This document shows positions 42,701-56,200 of a stretch of 64,000 nucleotides of DNA, in pieces. The DNA is from Eledone cirrhosa (lineage: Eukaryota), in NCBI GenBank assembly GCA_964016885.1, contig OZ024741.1, forward strand, positions 396,304,001 to 396,368,000, written 5' to 3'. A program made the position numbers and the translations under genes. Below the pieces are notes generated by a model, which searched no databases, was not told the DNA's origin, and saw only the letters and a list, made by a program, of their open reading frames with translations. Each line of letters begins with the position of its first letter. Position 1 is the first letter of the stretch.

Positions 42701-45700
42701 TCAAAGTGCATCAATCAGTCACACCACAAGAGTCAAAGTGCATCAATCAGCCACACAACAAGGGTCAAAGTGCATCAATCAGTCACACCACAAGGGTCAA
42801 AGTGCATCAATCAGTCACAGCACAAGGGTCAAAGTGTTTCAATCAGTCACACCACAAGGGTCAAAGTGCATCAATCAGTCACACCACAAGGGTCAAAGTG
42901 TTTCAATCAGTCACACCACAAGGGTCAAAGTGCATCAATCAGTCAGACCACAAGAGTCAAAGTGCATCAATCAGTCACACCACAAGGGTCAAAGTGCATC
43001 AATCAGTCACACCACAAGGGTCAAAGTGTTTCAATCAGTCACACCACAAGGGTCAAAGTGCATCAATCAGTCACACCACAAGGGTTAAAGTGCATCAATC
43101 AGTCACACCACAAGGGTCAAAGTGCATCAATCAGTCACACCACAAGGGTCAAATTCCTTCAATCAGTCACACCACAAGGGTCAAATTGTTTCAATCAGTC
43201 ACACCACAAGGGTCAAAGTGCATCAATCAGTCACACCACTAGGGTCAAAGTGCATCAATCAGTCACACCACAAGGGTCAAATTCCTTCAATCAGTCACAC
43301 CACAAGAGTCAAAGTGCATCAATCAGCCACACCACAAGAGTCAAAGTGCATCAATCAGTTACACCACAAGAGTCAAAGTGCATCAATCAGTCACACCACA
43401 AGAGTCAAAGTGCATCGATCAGTCACACCACAAGAGTCAAAGTGCATCAATCAGTTACACCACAAGAGTCAAAGTACATCAATCAGTCACACCACAAGGG
43501 TCAAAGTGCATCGATCAGCCACAGCACAAGGGTCAAAGTGCATCAATCAGTTACACCACAAGAGTCAAAGTGCATCAATCAGTCACACCACAAGAGTCAA
43601 AGTGCATCAATCAATCACACCACAAGGGTCAAAGTGCATCAATCAGTCACGCCACAAGGGTCAAAGTACATCAATCAGTCACACCACAAGAATCAAAGTG
43701 CATCAATCAGTTACACCACAAGGGTCAAAGTGCATCAATCAGTTACACCACAAGAGTCAAAGTGCATCAATCAGTTACACCACAAGAGTCAAAGTGCATC
43801 AATCAGTCACACCACAAGAGTCAAAGTGCATCAATCAGTCACACCACAAGGGTCAAAGTGTTTCAATCAGTCACACCACAAGGGTCAAAGTGCATCAATC
43901 AGTCACACCACAAGGGTCAAAGTATTTCAATCAGTCACACCACAAGGGTCAAAGTGCATCAATCAGTCACACCACAAGAGTGAAAGTGCATCAATCAGTC
44001 ACACCACAAGGGTCAAAGTGCATCAATCAGTCACACCACAAGGGTCAAATTCCTTCAATCAGTCACACCACAAGGGTCAAAGTGCATCAATCAGTCACAC
44101 CACAAGGGTCAAATTCCTTCAATCAGTCACACCACAAGGGTCAAAGTGCATCAATCAGTCACACCACAAGAGTCAAAGTGCTTCAATCAGTCACACCACA
44201 AGGGTCAAATTCCTTCAATCAGTCACACCACAAGGGTCAAAGTGCATCAATCAGTCACACCACAAGAGTCAAAGTGCATCAATCAGTCACACCACAAGGG
44301 TCAAAGTGCATCAATCAGCCACACCACAAGGGTCAAAGTGCATCAATCAGTCACACCACAAGAGTCAAAGTGCATCAATCAGTCACACCACAAGAGTCAA
44401 AGTGCATCAATCAGTGACACCACAAGGGTCAAAGTGCTTCAATCAGTCACACCACAAGAGTCAAAGTGCATCAATCAGTCACACCACATGGGTCAAAGTG
44501 CTTCAATCAGTCACACCACAAGGGTGAAAGGACATCAATTGGTCACACCACAAGAGTCAAAGTGCATCAATCAGTCACACCACAAGGGTCAAAGTGCATC
44601 AATCAGTCACACCACAAGGGTCAAAGTGCTTCAATCAGTCACACCACAAGGGTCAAAGTGCATCAATCAGTAACACCACAAGAGTCAAAGAGCATCAATC
44701 AGTCACACCACAAGGGTCAACGTGCATCAATCAGTCACACCACAAGGGTCAAAGTGCATCAATCAGTCACACAACAAGGGTCAAAGTGCATCAATCAGCC
44801 ACACCACAAGGGTCAAAGTGCATCAATCAGTCACACCACAAGAGTCAAAGTGCATCAATCAGCCACACCACAAGAGTCAAAGTGCATCAATCAGTTACAC
44901 CACAAGAGTCAAAGTGCATCAATCAGTCACACCACAAGAGTCAAAGTGCATCGATCAGTCACACCACAAGAGTCAAAGTGCATCAATCAGTTACACCACA
45001 AGAGTCAAAGTGCATCAATCAGTCACACCACAAGGGTCAAAGTGCATCAATCAACCACACCACAAGGGTCAAAGTACATCAATCAGTCACACCTCAAGAG
45101 TCAAAGTGCATCAATCAGTCACACCACAAGGGTCAAAGTGCATCAATCAGTTACACCACAAGAGTCAAAGTGCATCAATCAGTTACACCACAAGAGTCAA
45201 AGTGCATCAATCAGTCACACCACAAGAGTCAAAGTGCATCAATCAATCAATCACACCACAAGGGTCAAAGTGCATCAATCAGTCACACCACAAGGGTTAA
45301 AGTGCATCAATCAGTCACACCACAAGAGTCAAAGTGCATCAATCAGTTACACCACAAGAGTCAAAGTGCATCAATCAGTCACACCACAAGGGTCAAAGTG
45401 CATCAATCAGTTACACCACAAGAGTCAAAGTGCATCAATCAGTTACACCACAAGAGTCAAAGTGCATCAATCAGACACACCACAAGGGTCAAAGTGCATC
45501 AATCAGTTACACCACAAGAGTCAAAGTGCATCAATCAGACACACCACAATGGTCAAAGTGCATCAATCAGTTACACCACAAGAGTCAAAGTGCATCAATC
45601 AGTCACACCACAAGGGTCAAAGTGCATCAATCAGTCACACCACAAGGGTCAAAGTGCATCAATCAGTCACACCACAAGAGTCAAAGTGCATCAATCAGTC

Positions 45701-48700
45701 ACACCACAAGGGTCAAAGTGCATCAATCAGTCACACCACAAGGGTCAAAGTGCATCAATCAGTCACACCACAAGGGTCAAAGTGCATCAATCAGTCACAC
45801 CACAAGAGTCAAAGTGCATCAATCAGTCACACCACAAGGGTCAAATTCCTTCAATCAGTCACACCACAAGAGTCAAAGTGCATCAATCAGTCACACCACA
45901 AGGGTCAAAGTGCATCGATCAGCCACACCACAAGGGTCAAAGTACATCAATCAGTTACACCACAAGAGTCAAAGTGCATCAATCAGTTACACCACAAGAG
46001 TCAAAGTGCATCAATCAGTCACACCACAAGAGTCAAAGTTCATCAATCAATCACACCACAAGGGTCAAAGTGCATCAATCAGTCACACCACAAGGGTCAA
46101 AGTACATCAATCAGTCACACCACAAGAGTCAAAGTGCATCAATCAGTTACACCACAAGAGTCAAAGTGCATCAATCAGTCACACCACAAGGGTCAAAGTG
46201 CATCAATCAGTTACACCACAAGAGTCAATGTGCATCAATCAGTTACACCACAAGAGTCAAAGTGCATCAATCATACACACCACAAGGGTCAAAGTGCATC
46301 AATCAGTTACACCACAAGAGTCAAAGTGCATCAATCAGTTACACCACAAGAGTCAAAGTGCATCAATCAGTCACACCACAAGAGTCAAAGTGCATCAATC
46401 AGTCACACCACAAGGGTCAAAGTGTTTCAATCAGTCACACCACAAGGGTCAAAGTGCATCAATCAGTCACACCACAAGGGTCAAAGTATTTCAATCAGTC
46501 ACACCACAAGGGTCAAAGTGCATCAATCAGTCACACCACAAGAGTGAAAGTGCATCAATCAGTCACACCAGAAGGGTCAAAGTGCATCAATCAGTCACAC
46601 CACAAGGGTCAAATTCCTTCAATCAGTCACACCACAAGGGTCAAAGTGCATCAATTAGTCACATCACAAGGGTCAAATTCCTTCAATCAGTCACACCACA
46701 AGGGTCAAAGTGCATCAATCAGTCACACCACAAGAGTCAAAGTGCTTCAATCAGTCACACCACAAGGGTCAAATTCCTTCAATCAGTCACACCACAAGGG
46801 TCAAAGTGCATCAATCAGTCACACCACAAGAGTCAAAGTGCATCAATCAGTCACACCACAAGGGTCAAAGTGCATCAATCAGCCACACCACAAGGGTCAA
46901 AGTGCATCAATCAGTCACACCACAAGAGTCAAAGTGCATCAATCAGTCACACCACAAGAGTCAAAGTGCATCAATCAGTGACACCACAAGGGTCAAAGTG
47001 CTTCAATCAGTCACACCACAAGAGTCAAAGTGCATCAATCAGTCACACCACATGGGTCAAAGTGCTTCAATCAGTCACACCACAAGGGTGAAAGGGCATC
47101 AATTGGTCACACCACAAGAGTCAAAGTGCATCAATCAGTCACACCACAAGGGTCAAAGTGCATCAATCAGTCACACCACAAGGGTCAAAGTGCTTCAATC
47201 AGTCACACCACAAGGGTCAAAGTGCATCAATCAGTAACACCACAAGAGTCAAAGAGCATCAATCAGTCACACCACAAGGGTCAACGTGCATCAATCAGTC
47301 ACACCACAAGGGTCAAAGAGCATCAATCAGTCACACCACAAGGGTCAAAGTGCATCAATCAGTCACACCACAAGGGTCAAAGTGCATCAATCAGCCACAC
47401 CACAAGGGTCAAAGTGCATCAATCAGTCACACCAAAAGAGTCAAAGTGCATCAATCAGCCACACCACAAGAGTCAAAGTGCATCAATCAGTTACACCACA
47501 AGAGTCAAAGTGCATCAATCAGTCACACCACAAGAGTCAAAGTGCATCGATCAGTCACACCACAAGAGTCAAAGTGCATCAATCAGTTACACCACAAGAG
47601 TCAAAGTGCATCAATAAGTCACACCACAAGGGTCAAAGTGCATCAATCAACCACACCACAAGGGTCAAAGTACATCAATCAGTCACACCACAAGAGTCAA
47701 AGTGCATCAATCAGTCACACCACAAGGGTCAAAGTGCATCAATCAGTTACACCACAAGAGTCAAAGTGCATCAATCAGTTACACCACAAGAGTCAAAGTG
47801 CATCAATCAGTCACACCACAAGAGTCAAAGTGCATCAATCAATCACACCACAAGGGTCAAAGTGCATCAATCAGTCACACCACAAGGGTCAAAGTGCATC
47901 AATCAGTCACACCACAAGAGTCAAAGTGCATCAATCAGTTACACCACAAGAGTCAAAGTGCATCAATCAGTCACACCACAAGGGTCAAAGTGCATCAATC
48001 AGTTACACCACAAGAGTCAAAGTGCATCAATCAGTTACACCACAAGAGTCAAAGTGCATCAATCAGACACACCACAAGGGTCAAAGTGCATCAATCAGTT
48101 ACACCACAAGAGTCAAAGTGCATCAATCAGACACACCACAAGGGTCAAAGTGCATCAATCAGTTACACCACAAGAGTCAAAGTGCATCAATCAGTCACAC
48201 CACAAGGGTCAAAGTGCATCAATCAGTCACACCACAAGGGTCAAAGTGCATCAATCAGTCACACCACAAGAGTCAAAGTGCATCAATCAGTCACACCACA
48301 AGGGTCAAAGTGCATCAATCAGTCACACCACAAGGGTCAAAGTGCATCAATCAGTCACACCACAAGAGTCAAAGTGCATCAATCAGTCACACCACAAGGG
48401 TCAAATTCCTTCAATCAGTCACACCACAAGAGTCAAAGTGCATCAATCAGTCACACCACAAGGGTCAAAGTGTTTCAATCAGTCACACCACAAGGGTCAA
48501 AGTGCATCAATCAGTCACACCACAAGAGTCAAAGTGCATCAATCAGTCACACCACAAGGGTCAAAGTGCATCAATCAGTCCCACCACAAGGGTCAAAGTG
48601 TTTCAATCAGTCACACCACAAGGGTCAAAGTGCATCAATCAGTCACACCACAAGGGTCAAAGTGCATCAATCAGTCACACCACAAGGGTCAAAGTGCATC

Positions 48701-50275
48701 AATCAGTCACACCACAAGGGTCAAATTCCTTCAATCAGTCACACCACAAGGGTCAAAGTGTTTCAATCAGTCACACCACAAGGGTCAAAGTGCATCAATG
48801 AGTCACACCACTAGGGTCAAAGTGCATCAATCAGTCACACCACAAGGGTCAAATTCCTTCAATCAGTCACACCACATGGGTCAAAGTGTTTCAATCAGTC
48901 ACACCACAAGGGTCAAAGTGCATCAATCAGTCACACCACAAGAGTTAAAGTGCAACAATCAGTCACACCACAAGGGTCAAAATGCATCAATCAGTCACAC
49001 CACAAGGGTCAAAGTGCATCAATCAGTCACACCACAAGGGTCAAAGTGCATCAATCAGCCACACCACAAGGGTCAAAGTGCATCAATCAGTCACACCACA
49101 AGGGTCAAAGTGCATCAATCAGCCACACCACAAGGGTCAAAGTGCATCAATCAGTCACACCACAAGAGTCAAAGTGCATCAATCAGTGACACCACAAGGG
49201 TCAAAGTGCTTCAATCAGTCACACCACAAGAGTCAAAGTGCATCAATGAGTCACACCACAAGGGTCAAAGTGCATCTATCAGTCACACCACAAAATTCAA
49301 AGTGCTTCAATCAGTCACACCACAAGGGTCAAATTCCTTCAATCAGTCACACCACAAGGGTCAAAGTGCATCAATCAGTCACACCACAAGGGTCAAAGTG
49401 CATCAATCAGTCACACCACAAGGGTCAAATTCCTTCAATCAGTCACACCACAAGAGTCAAAGTGCATCAATCAGTCACACCACAAGAGTCAAAGTGCTTC
49501 AATCAGTCACACCACAAGGGTCAAAGTGCATCAATCAGTCACACCACAAGGGTCAAAGTGCATCAATCAGTCACACCACAAGGGTCAAAGTGCATCAATC
49601 AGTCACACCACAAGGGTCAAAGTGCATCAATCAGTCACACCACAAGGGTCAAATTGCATCAATCAGTTACACCACAAGGGTCAAAGTGCATTAATCAGTC
49701 ACACCACAAGGGTCAAATTCCTTCAATCAGTCACACCACAAGGGTCAAAGTGCATCAATCAGTCACACCACAAGAGTCAAAGTGCATCAATCAGTCAAAC
49801 CACAAGGGTCAAAGTGCATCAATCAGCCACACCACAAGGGTCAAAGTGCATCAATCAGTAACACCACAAGGGTCAAGGTGCATCAATCAGTCACACCACA
49901 AGGGTCAAAGTGCATCAATCAGTCACACCACAAGGGTCAAAGTGCATCAATCAGTCACACCACAAGGGTCAAAGTGCATCAATCAGTCACACCACAAGGG
50001 TCAAAGTGCATCAATCAGTCACACCACAAGAGTCAAAGTGCATCAATCAGTCACACCACAAGGGTCAAATTCCTTCAATCAGTCACACCACAAGGGTCAA
50101 AGTGCATCAATCAGTCACACCACACGAGTCAAAGTGCATCAATCAGTCACACCACAAGGGTCAAAGTGCATCAATCAGTCACACCACAAGGGTCAAAGTG
50201 CATCAATCAGTCACACCACAAGAGTCAAAGTGCATCAATCAGCCACACAACAAGGGTCAAAGTGCATCAATCAGT
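35260..50275. repeat. Near-identical tandem duplication of a ~7.5 kb block (7524 bp = 235 monomers + 4; second copy one monomer shorter)
   Basis: The offset is constantly 7524 (35598/43122, 36942/44466, 37810/45334, 39506/47030). It becomes 7492 after a monomer loss near 48.3 kb (41458/48950, 42418/49910). Both copies carry the 36-bp AATCAATCAATC monomer. Confidence 0.93.
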
Positions 50276-53200
50276 CACACCACAAGGTTCAAAGTGCATC
50301 AATCAGTCAGACCACAAGGGTCAAAGTGGATCAATCAGTCACACCACAAGGTTCAAAGTGCATCAATCAGTCACACCACAAGGGTCAAAGTGCATCAATC
50401 AGTCACACCACAAGAGTCAAAGTGCATCAATCAGTCACACCACAAGAGTCAAAGGGCACCAATCAGTCACACCACAAGGGTCAAATTCCTTCAATCAGTC
50501 ACACCACAAGGGTCAAAGTGTATCAATCAGTCACACCTCAAGAGTCAAAGTGCATCAATCAGTCACACCACAAGGGTCAAAGTGCATCAATCAGACACAC
50601 CACGAGGGTCAAAGTGCATCAATCAGTCACACGACAAGGGTCAAAGTGCATCAATCAGTCACACCACAAGGGTCAACGTGCATCAATCAGTCACACCACA
50701 AGGGTCAAAGTGCATCAATCAGTCACACCACAAGGGTCAAAGTGCATCAATCAGTCACACCACAAGGGTCAAAGTGCATTAATCAGCCACACCACAAGGG
50801 TCAAAGTGCATCAATCATTCACACCACAAGAGTCAAAGTGCATCAATCAACCACACCACAAGAGTCAAAGTGCATCAATCAGTTACACCACAAGAGTCAA
50901 AGTGCATCAATCAGTCACACCACAAGAGTCAAAGTGCATCAATCAGTCACACCACAAGAGTCAAAGTGCATCAATCAGTTACACCACAAGAGTCAAAGTG
51001 CATCAATCAGTCACACCACAAGGGTCAAAGTGCATCAATCAGCCACACCACAAGGGTCAAAGTGCATCAATCAGTCACACCACAAGAGTCAAAGTGCATC
51101 AATCAGTCACACCACAAGGGTCAAAGTGCATCAATCAGTTACACCACAAGAGTCAATGTGCATCAATCAGTTACACCACAAGAGTCAAAGTGCATCAATC
51201 AGACACACCACAAGGGTCAAAGTGCATCAATCAGTTACACCACTAGAGTCAAAGTGCATCAATCAGTTACACCACAAGAGTCAAAGTGCATCAATCAGTC
51301 ACACCACAAGAGTCAAAGTGCATCAATCAGTCACACCACAAGGGTCAAAGTGCATCAATCAGTCACACCACAAGGGTCAAAGTGCATCAATCAGTCACAC
51401 CACAAGGGTCAAAGTGCATCAATCAGTCACACCACAAGAGTCAAAGTGCATCAATCAGTCACACCACAAGAGTCAAGGGGCACCAATCAGTCACACCACA
51501 AGGGTCAAATTCCTACAATCAGTCACACCACAAGGGTCAAAGTGCATCAATCAGTCACACCTCAAGAGTCAAAGTGCATCAATCAGTCACACCACAAGGG
51601 TCAAAGTGCATCAATCAGTCACACCACGAGGGTCAAAGTGCATCAATCAGTCACACCACAAGGGTCAAAGTGCATCAATCAGTCACACCACAAGGGTCAA
51701 AGTGCATCAATCAGTCACACCACAAGGGTCAAAGTGCATCAATCAGTCACACCACAAGAGTCAAAGTGCATCAATCAGTCACACCACAAGGGTCAAATTC
51801 CTTCAATCAGTCACACCACAAGAGTCAAAGTGCATCAATCAGTCACACCACAAGGGTCAAAGTGCATCAATCAGTCACACCACAAGGGTCAAAGTGCATC
51901 AATCATTCACACCACAAGGGTCAAAGTGCATCAATCAGTCACACCACAAGGGTCAAAGTGCATCAATCAGTCACACCACAAGAGTCAAAGTGCATCAATC
52001 AGTCACACCACAAGGGTCAAATTCCTTCAATCAGTCACACCACAAGGGTCAAAGTGCATCAATCAGTCACACCACAAGAGTCAAAGTGCATCAATCAGTC
52101 ACACCACAAGGGTCAAAGTGCATCAATCAGTCACACCACGAGGGTCAAAGTGCATCAATCAGTCACACGACAAGGGTCAAAGTGCATCAATCAGTCACAC
52201 CACAAGGGTCAAAGTGCATCAATCAGTCACACCACAAGGGTCAAAGTGCATCAATCAGTCACACCACAAGGGTCAAAGTGCATCAATCAGTCACACCACA
52301 AGAGTCAAAGTGCATCAATCAGTCACACCACAAGGGTCAAAGTGCATCAATCAGCCACACCACAAGGGTCAAAGTGCATCAATCAGTCACACCACAAGGG
52401 TCAAAGTGCATCAATCAGTCACACCACAAGGGTCAAAGTGCATCAATCAGTCACACCACAAGAGTCAAAGTGCATCAATCAGTCACACCACACGAGTCAA
52501 AGTGCATCAATCAGTCACACCACAAGGGTCAAAGTGCATCAATCAGTCACACCACAAGGGTCAAAGTGCATCAATCAGTCACACCACAAGAGTCAAAGTG
52601 CATCAATCAGCCACACCACAAGGGTCAAAGTGCATCAATTAGTCACACCACAAGGGTCAAAGTGCATCAATCAGTCAGACCACAAGGGTCAAAGTGGATC
52701 AATCAGTCACACCACAAGGTTCAAAGTGCATCAATCAGTCACACCACAAGGGTCAAAGTGCATCAATCAGTCACACCACAAGAGTCAAAGTGCATCAATC
52801 AGTGACACCACAAGAGTCAAAGGGCACCAATCAGTCACACCACAAGGGTCAAATTCCTTCAATCAGTCACACCACAAGGGTCAAAGTGTATCAATCAGTC
52901 ACACCTCAAGAGTCAAAGTGCATCAATCAGTCACACCACAAGGGTCAAAGAGCATCAATCAGACACACCACGAGGGTCAAAGTGCATCAATCAGTCACAC
53001 GACGAGGGTCAAAGTGCATCAATCAGTCACACCACAAGGGTCAAAGTGCATCAATCAGTAACACCACAAGAGTCATAGAGCATCAATCAGTCACACCACA
53101 AGGGTCAACGTGCATCAATCAGTCACACCACAAGGGTCAAAGTGCATCAATCAGTCACACCACAAGGGTCAAAGTGCATCAATCAGTCACACCACAAGGG

Positions 53201-56200
53201 TCAAAGTGCATTAATCAGCCACACCACAAGGGTCAAAGTGCATCAATCAGTCACACCACAAGAGTCAAAGTGCATCAATCAACCACACCACAAGAGTCAA
53301 AGTGCATCAATCAGTTACACCACAAGAGTCAAAGTGCATCAATCAGTCACACCACAAGAGTCAAAGTGCATCAATCAGTCACACCACAAGAGTCAAAGTG
53401 CATCAATCAGTTACACCACAAGAGTCAAAGTGCATCAATCAGTCACACCACAAGGGTCAAAGTGCATCAATCAGCCACACCACAAGGTTCAAAGTGCATC
53501 AATCAGTCACACCACAAGAGTCAAAGTGCATCAATCAGTCACACCACAAGGGTCAAAGTGCATCAATCAGTTACACCACAAGAGTCAATGTGCATCAATC
53601 AGTTACACCACAAGAGTCAAAGTGCATCAATCAGACACACCACAAGGGTCAAAGTGCATCAATCAGTTACACCACAAGAGTCAAAGTGCATCAATCAGTT
53701 ACACCACAAGAGTCAAAGTGCATCAATCAGTCACACCACAAGAGTCAAAGTGCATCAATCAGTCACACCACAAGGGTCAAAGTGCATCAATCAGTCACAC
53801 CACAAGGGTCAAAGTGCATCAATCAGTCACACCACAAGAGTCAAAGTGCATCAATCAGTCACACCACAAGGGTCAAAGTCCATCAATCAGTCACACCACA
53901 AGGGTCAAAGTGCATCAATCAGTCACACCACAAGGGTCAAAGTGCATCAATCAGTCACAGCACAAGGGTCAAAGTGTTTCAATCAGTCACACCACAAGGG
54001 TCAAAGTGCATCAATCAGTCACACCACAAGAGTCAAAGTGCATCAATCAGTCACACCACAAGGGTCAAAGTGCATCAATCAGTCACACCACAAGGGTCAA
54101 AGTGTTTCAATCAGTCACACCACATGGGTCAAAGTGCATCAATCAGTCACACCACAAGGGTTAAAGTGCATCAATCAGTCACACCACAAGGGTCAAAGTG
54201 CATCAATCAGTCACACCACAAGGGTCAAATTCCTTCAATCAGTCACACCACAAGGGTCAAATTGTTTCAATCAGTCACACCACAAGGGTCAAAGTGCATC
54301 AATCAGTCACACCACTAGGGTCAAAGTGCATCAATCAGTCACACCACAAGGGTCAAATTCCTTCAATCAGTCACACCACAAGAGTCAAAGTGCATCAATC
54401 AGCCACACCACAAGAGTCAAAGTGCATCAATCAGTTACACCACAAGAGTCAAAGTGCATCAATCAGTCACACCACAAGAGTCAAAGTGCATCGATCAGTC
54501 ACACCACAAGAGTCAAAGTGCATCAATCAGTTACACCACAAGAGTCAAAGTGCATCAATCAGTCACACCACAAGGGGCAAAGTGCATCGATCAGCCACAG
54601 CACAAGGGTCAAAGTGCATCAATCAGTTACACCACAAGAGTCAAAGTGCATCAATCAGTCACACCACAAGAGTCAAAGTGCATCAATCAATCACACCACA
54701 AGGGTCAAAGTGCATCAATCAGTCACACCACAAGGGTCAAAGTACATCAATCAGTCACACCACAAGAATCAAAGTGCATCAATCAGTTACACCACAAGGG
54801 TCAAAGTGCATCAATCAGTTACACCACAAGAGTCAAAGTGCATCAATCAGTTACACCACAAGAGTCAAAGTGCATCAATCAGTCACACCACAAGAGTCAA
54901 AGTGCATCAATCAGTCACACCACAAGGGTCAAAGTGTTTCAATCAGTCACACCACAAGGGTCAAAGTGCATCAATCAGTCACACCACAAGGGTCAAAGTA
55001 TTTCAATCAGTCACACCACAAGGGTCAAAGTGCATCAATCAGTCACACCACAAGAGTGAAAGTGCATCAATCAGTCACACCACAAGGGTCAAAGTGCATC
55101 AATCAGTCACACCACAAGGGTCAAATTCCTTCAATCAGTCACACCACAAGGGTCAAAGTGCATCAATCAGTCACACCACAAGGGTCAAATTCCTTCAATC
55201 AGTCACACCACAAGGGTCAAAGTGCATCAATCAGTCACACCACAAGAGTCAAAGTGCTTCAATCAGTCACACCACAAGGGTCAAATTCCTTCAATCAGTC
55301 ACACCACAAGGGTCAAAGTGCATCAATCAGTCACACCACAAGAGTCAAAGTGCATCAATCAGTCACACCACAAGGGTCAAAGTGCATCAATCAGTCACAC
55401 CACAAGAGTCAAAGTGCATCAATCAGTCACACCACAAGGGTCAAAGTGCATCAATCAGTCACACCACAAGGGTCAAAGTGCATCAATCAGTCACACCACA
55501 AGGGTCAAAGTGCATCAATCAGTCACACCACAAGAGTCAAAGTGCATCAACCAGTCACACCACAAGGGTCAAATTCCTTCAATCAGTCACACCACAAGAG
55601 TCAAAGTGCATCAATCAGTCACACCACAAGGGTCAAAGTGCATCAATCAGTCACAGCACAAGGGTCAAAGTGTTTCAATCAGTCACACCACAAGGGTCAA
55701 AGTGCATCAATCAGTCACACCACAAGGGTCAAAGTGTTTCAATCAGTCACACCACAAGGGTCAAAGTGCATCAATCAGTCAGACCACAAGAGTCAAAGTG
55801 CATCAATCAGTCACACCACAAGGGTCAAAGTGCATCAATCAGTCACACCACAAGGGTCAAAGTGTTTCAATCAGTCACACCACAAGGGTCAAAGTGCATC
55901 AATCAGTCACACCACAAGGGTTAAAGTGCATCAATCAGTCACACCACAAGGGTCAAAGTGCATCAATCAGTCACACCACAAGGGTCAAATTCCTTCAATC
56001 AGTCACACCACAAGGGTCAAATTGTTTCAATCAGTCACACCACAAGGGTCAAAGTGCATCAATCAGTCACACCACTAGGGTCAAAGTGCATCAATCAGTC
56101 ACACCACAAGGGTCAAATTCCTTCAATCAGTCACACCACAAGAGTCAAAGTGCATCAATCAGCCACACCACAAGAGTCAAAGTGCATCAATCAGTTACAC

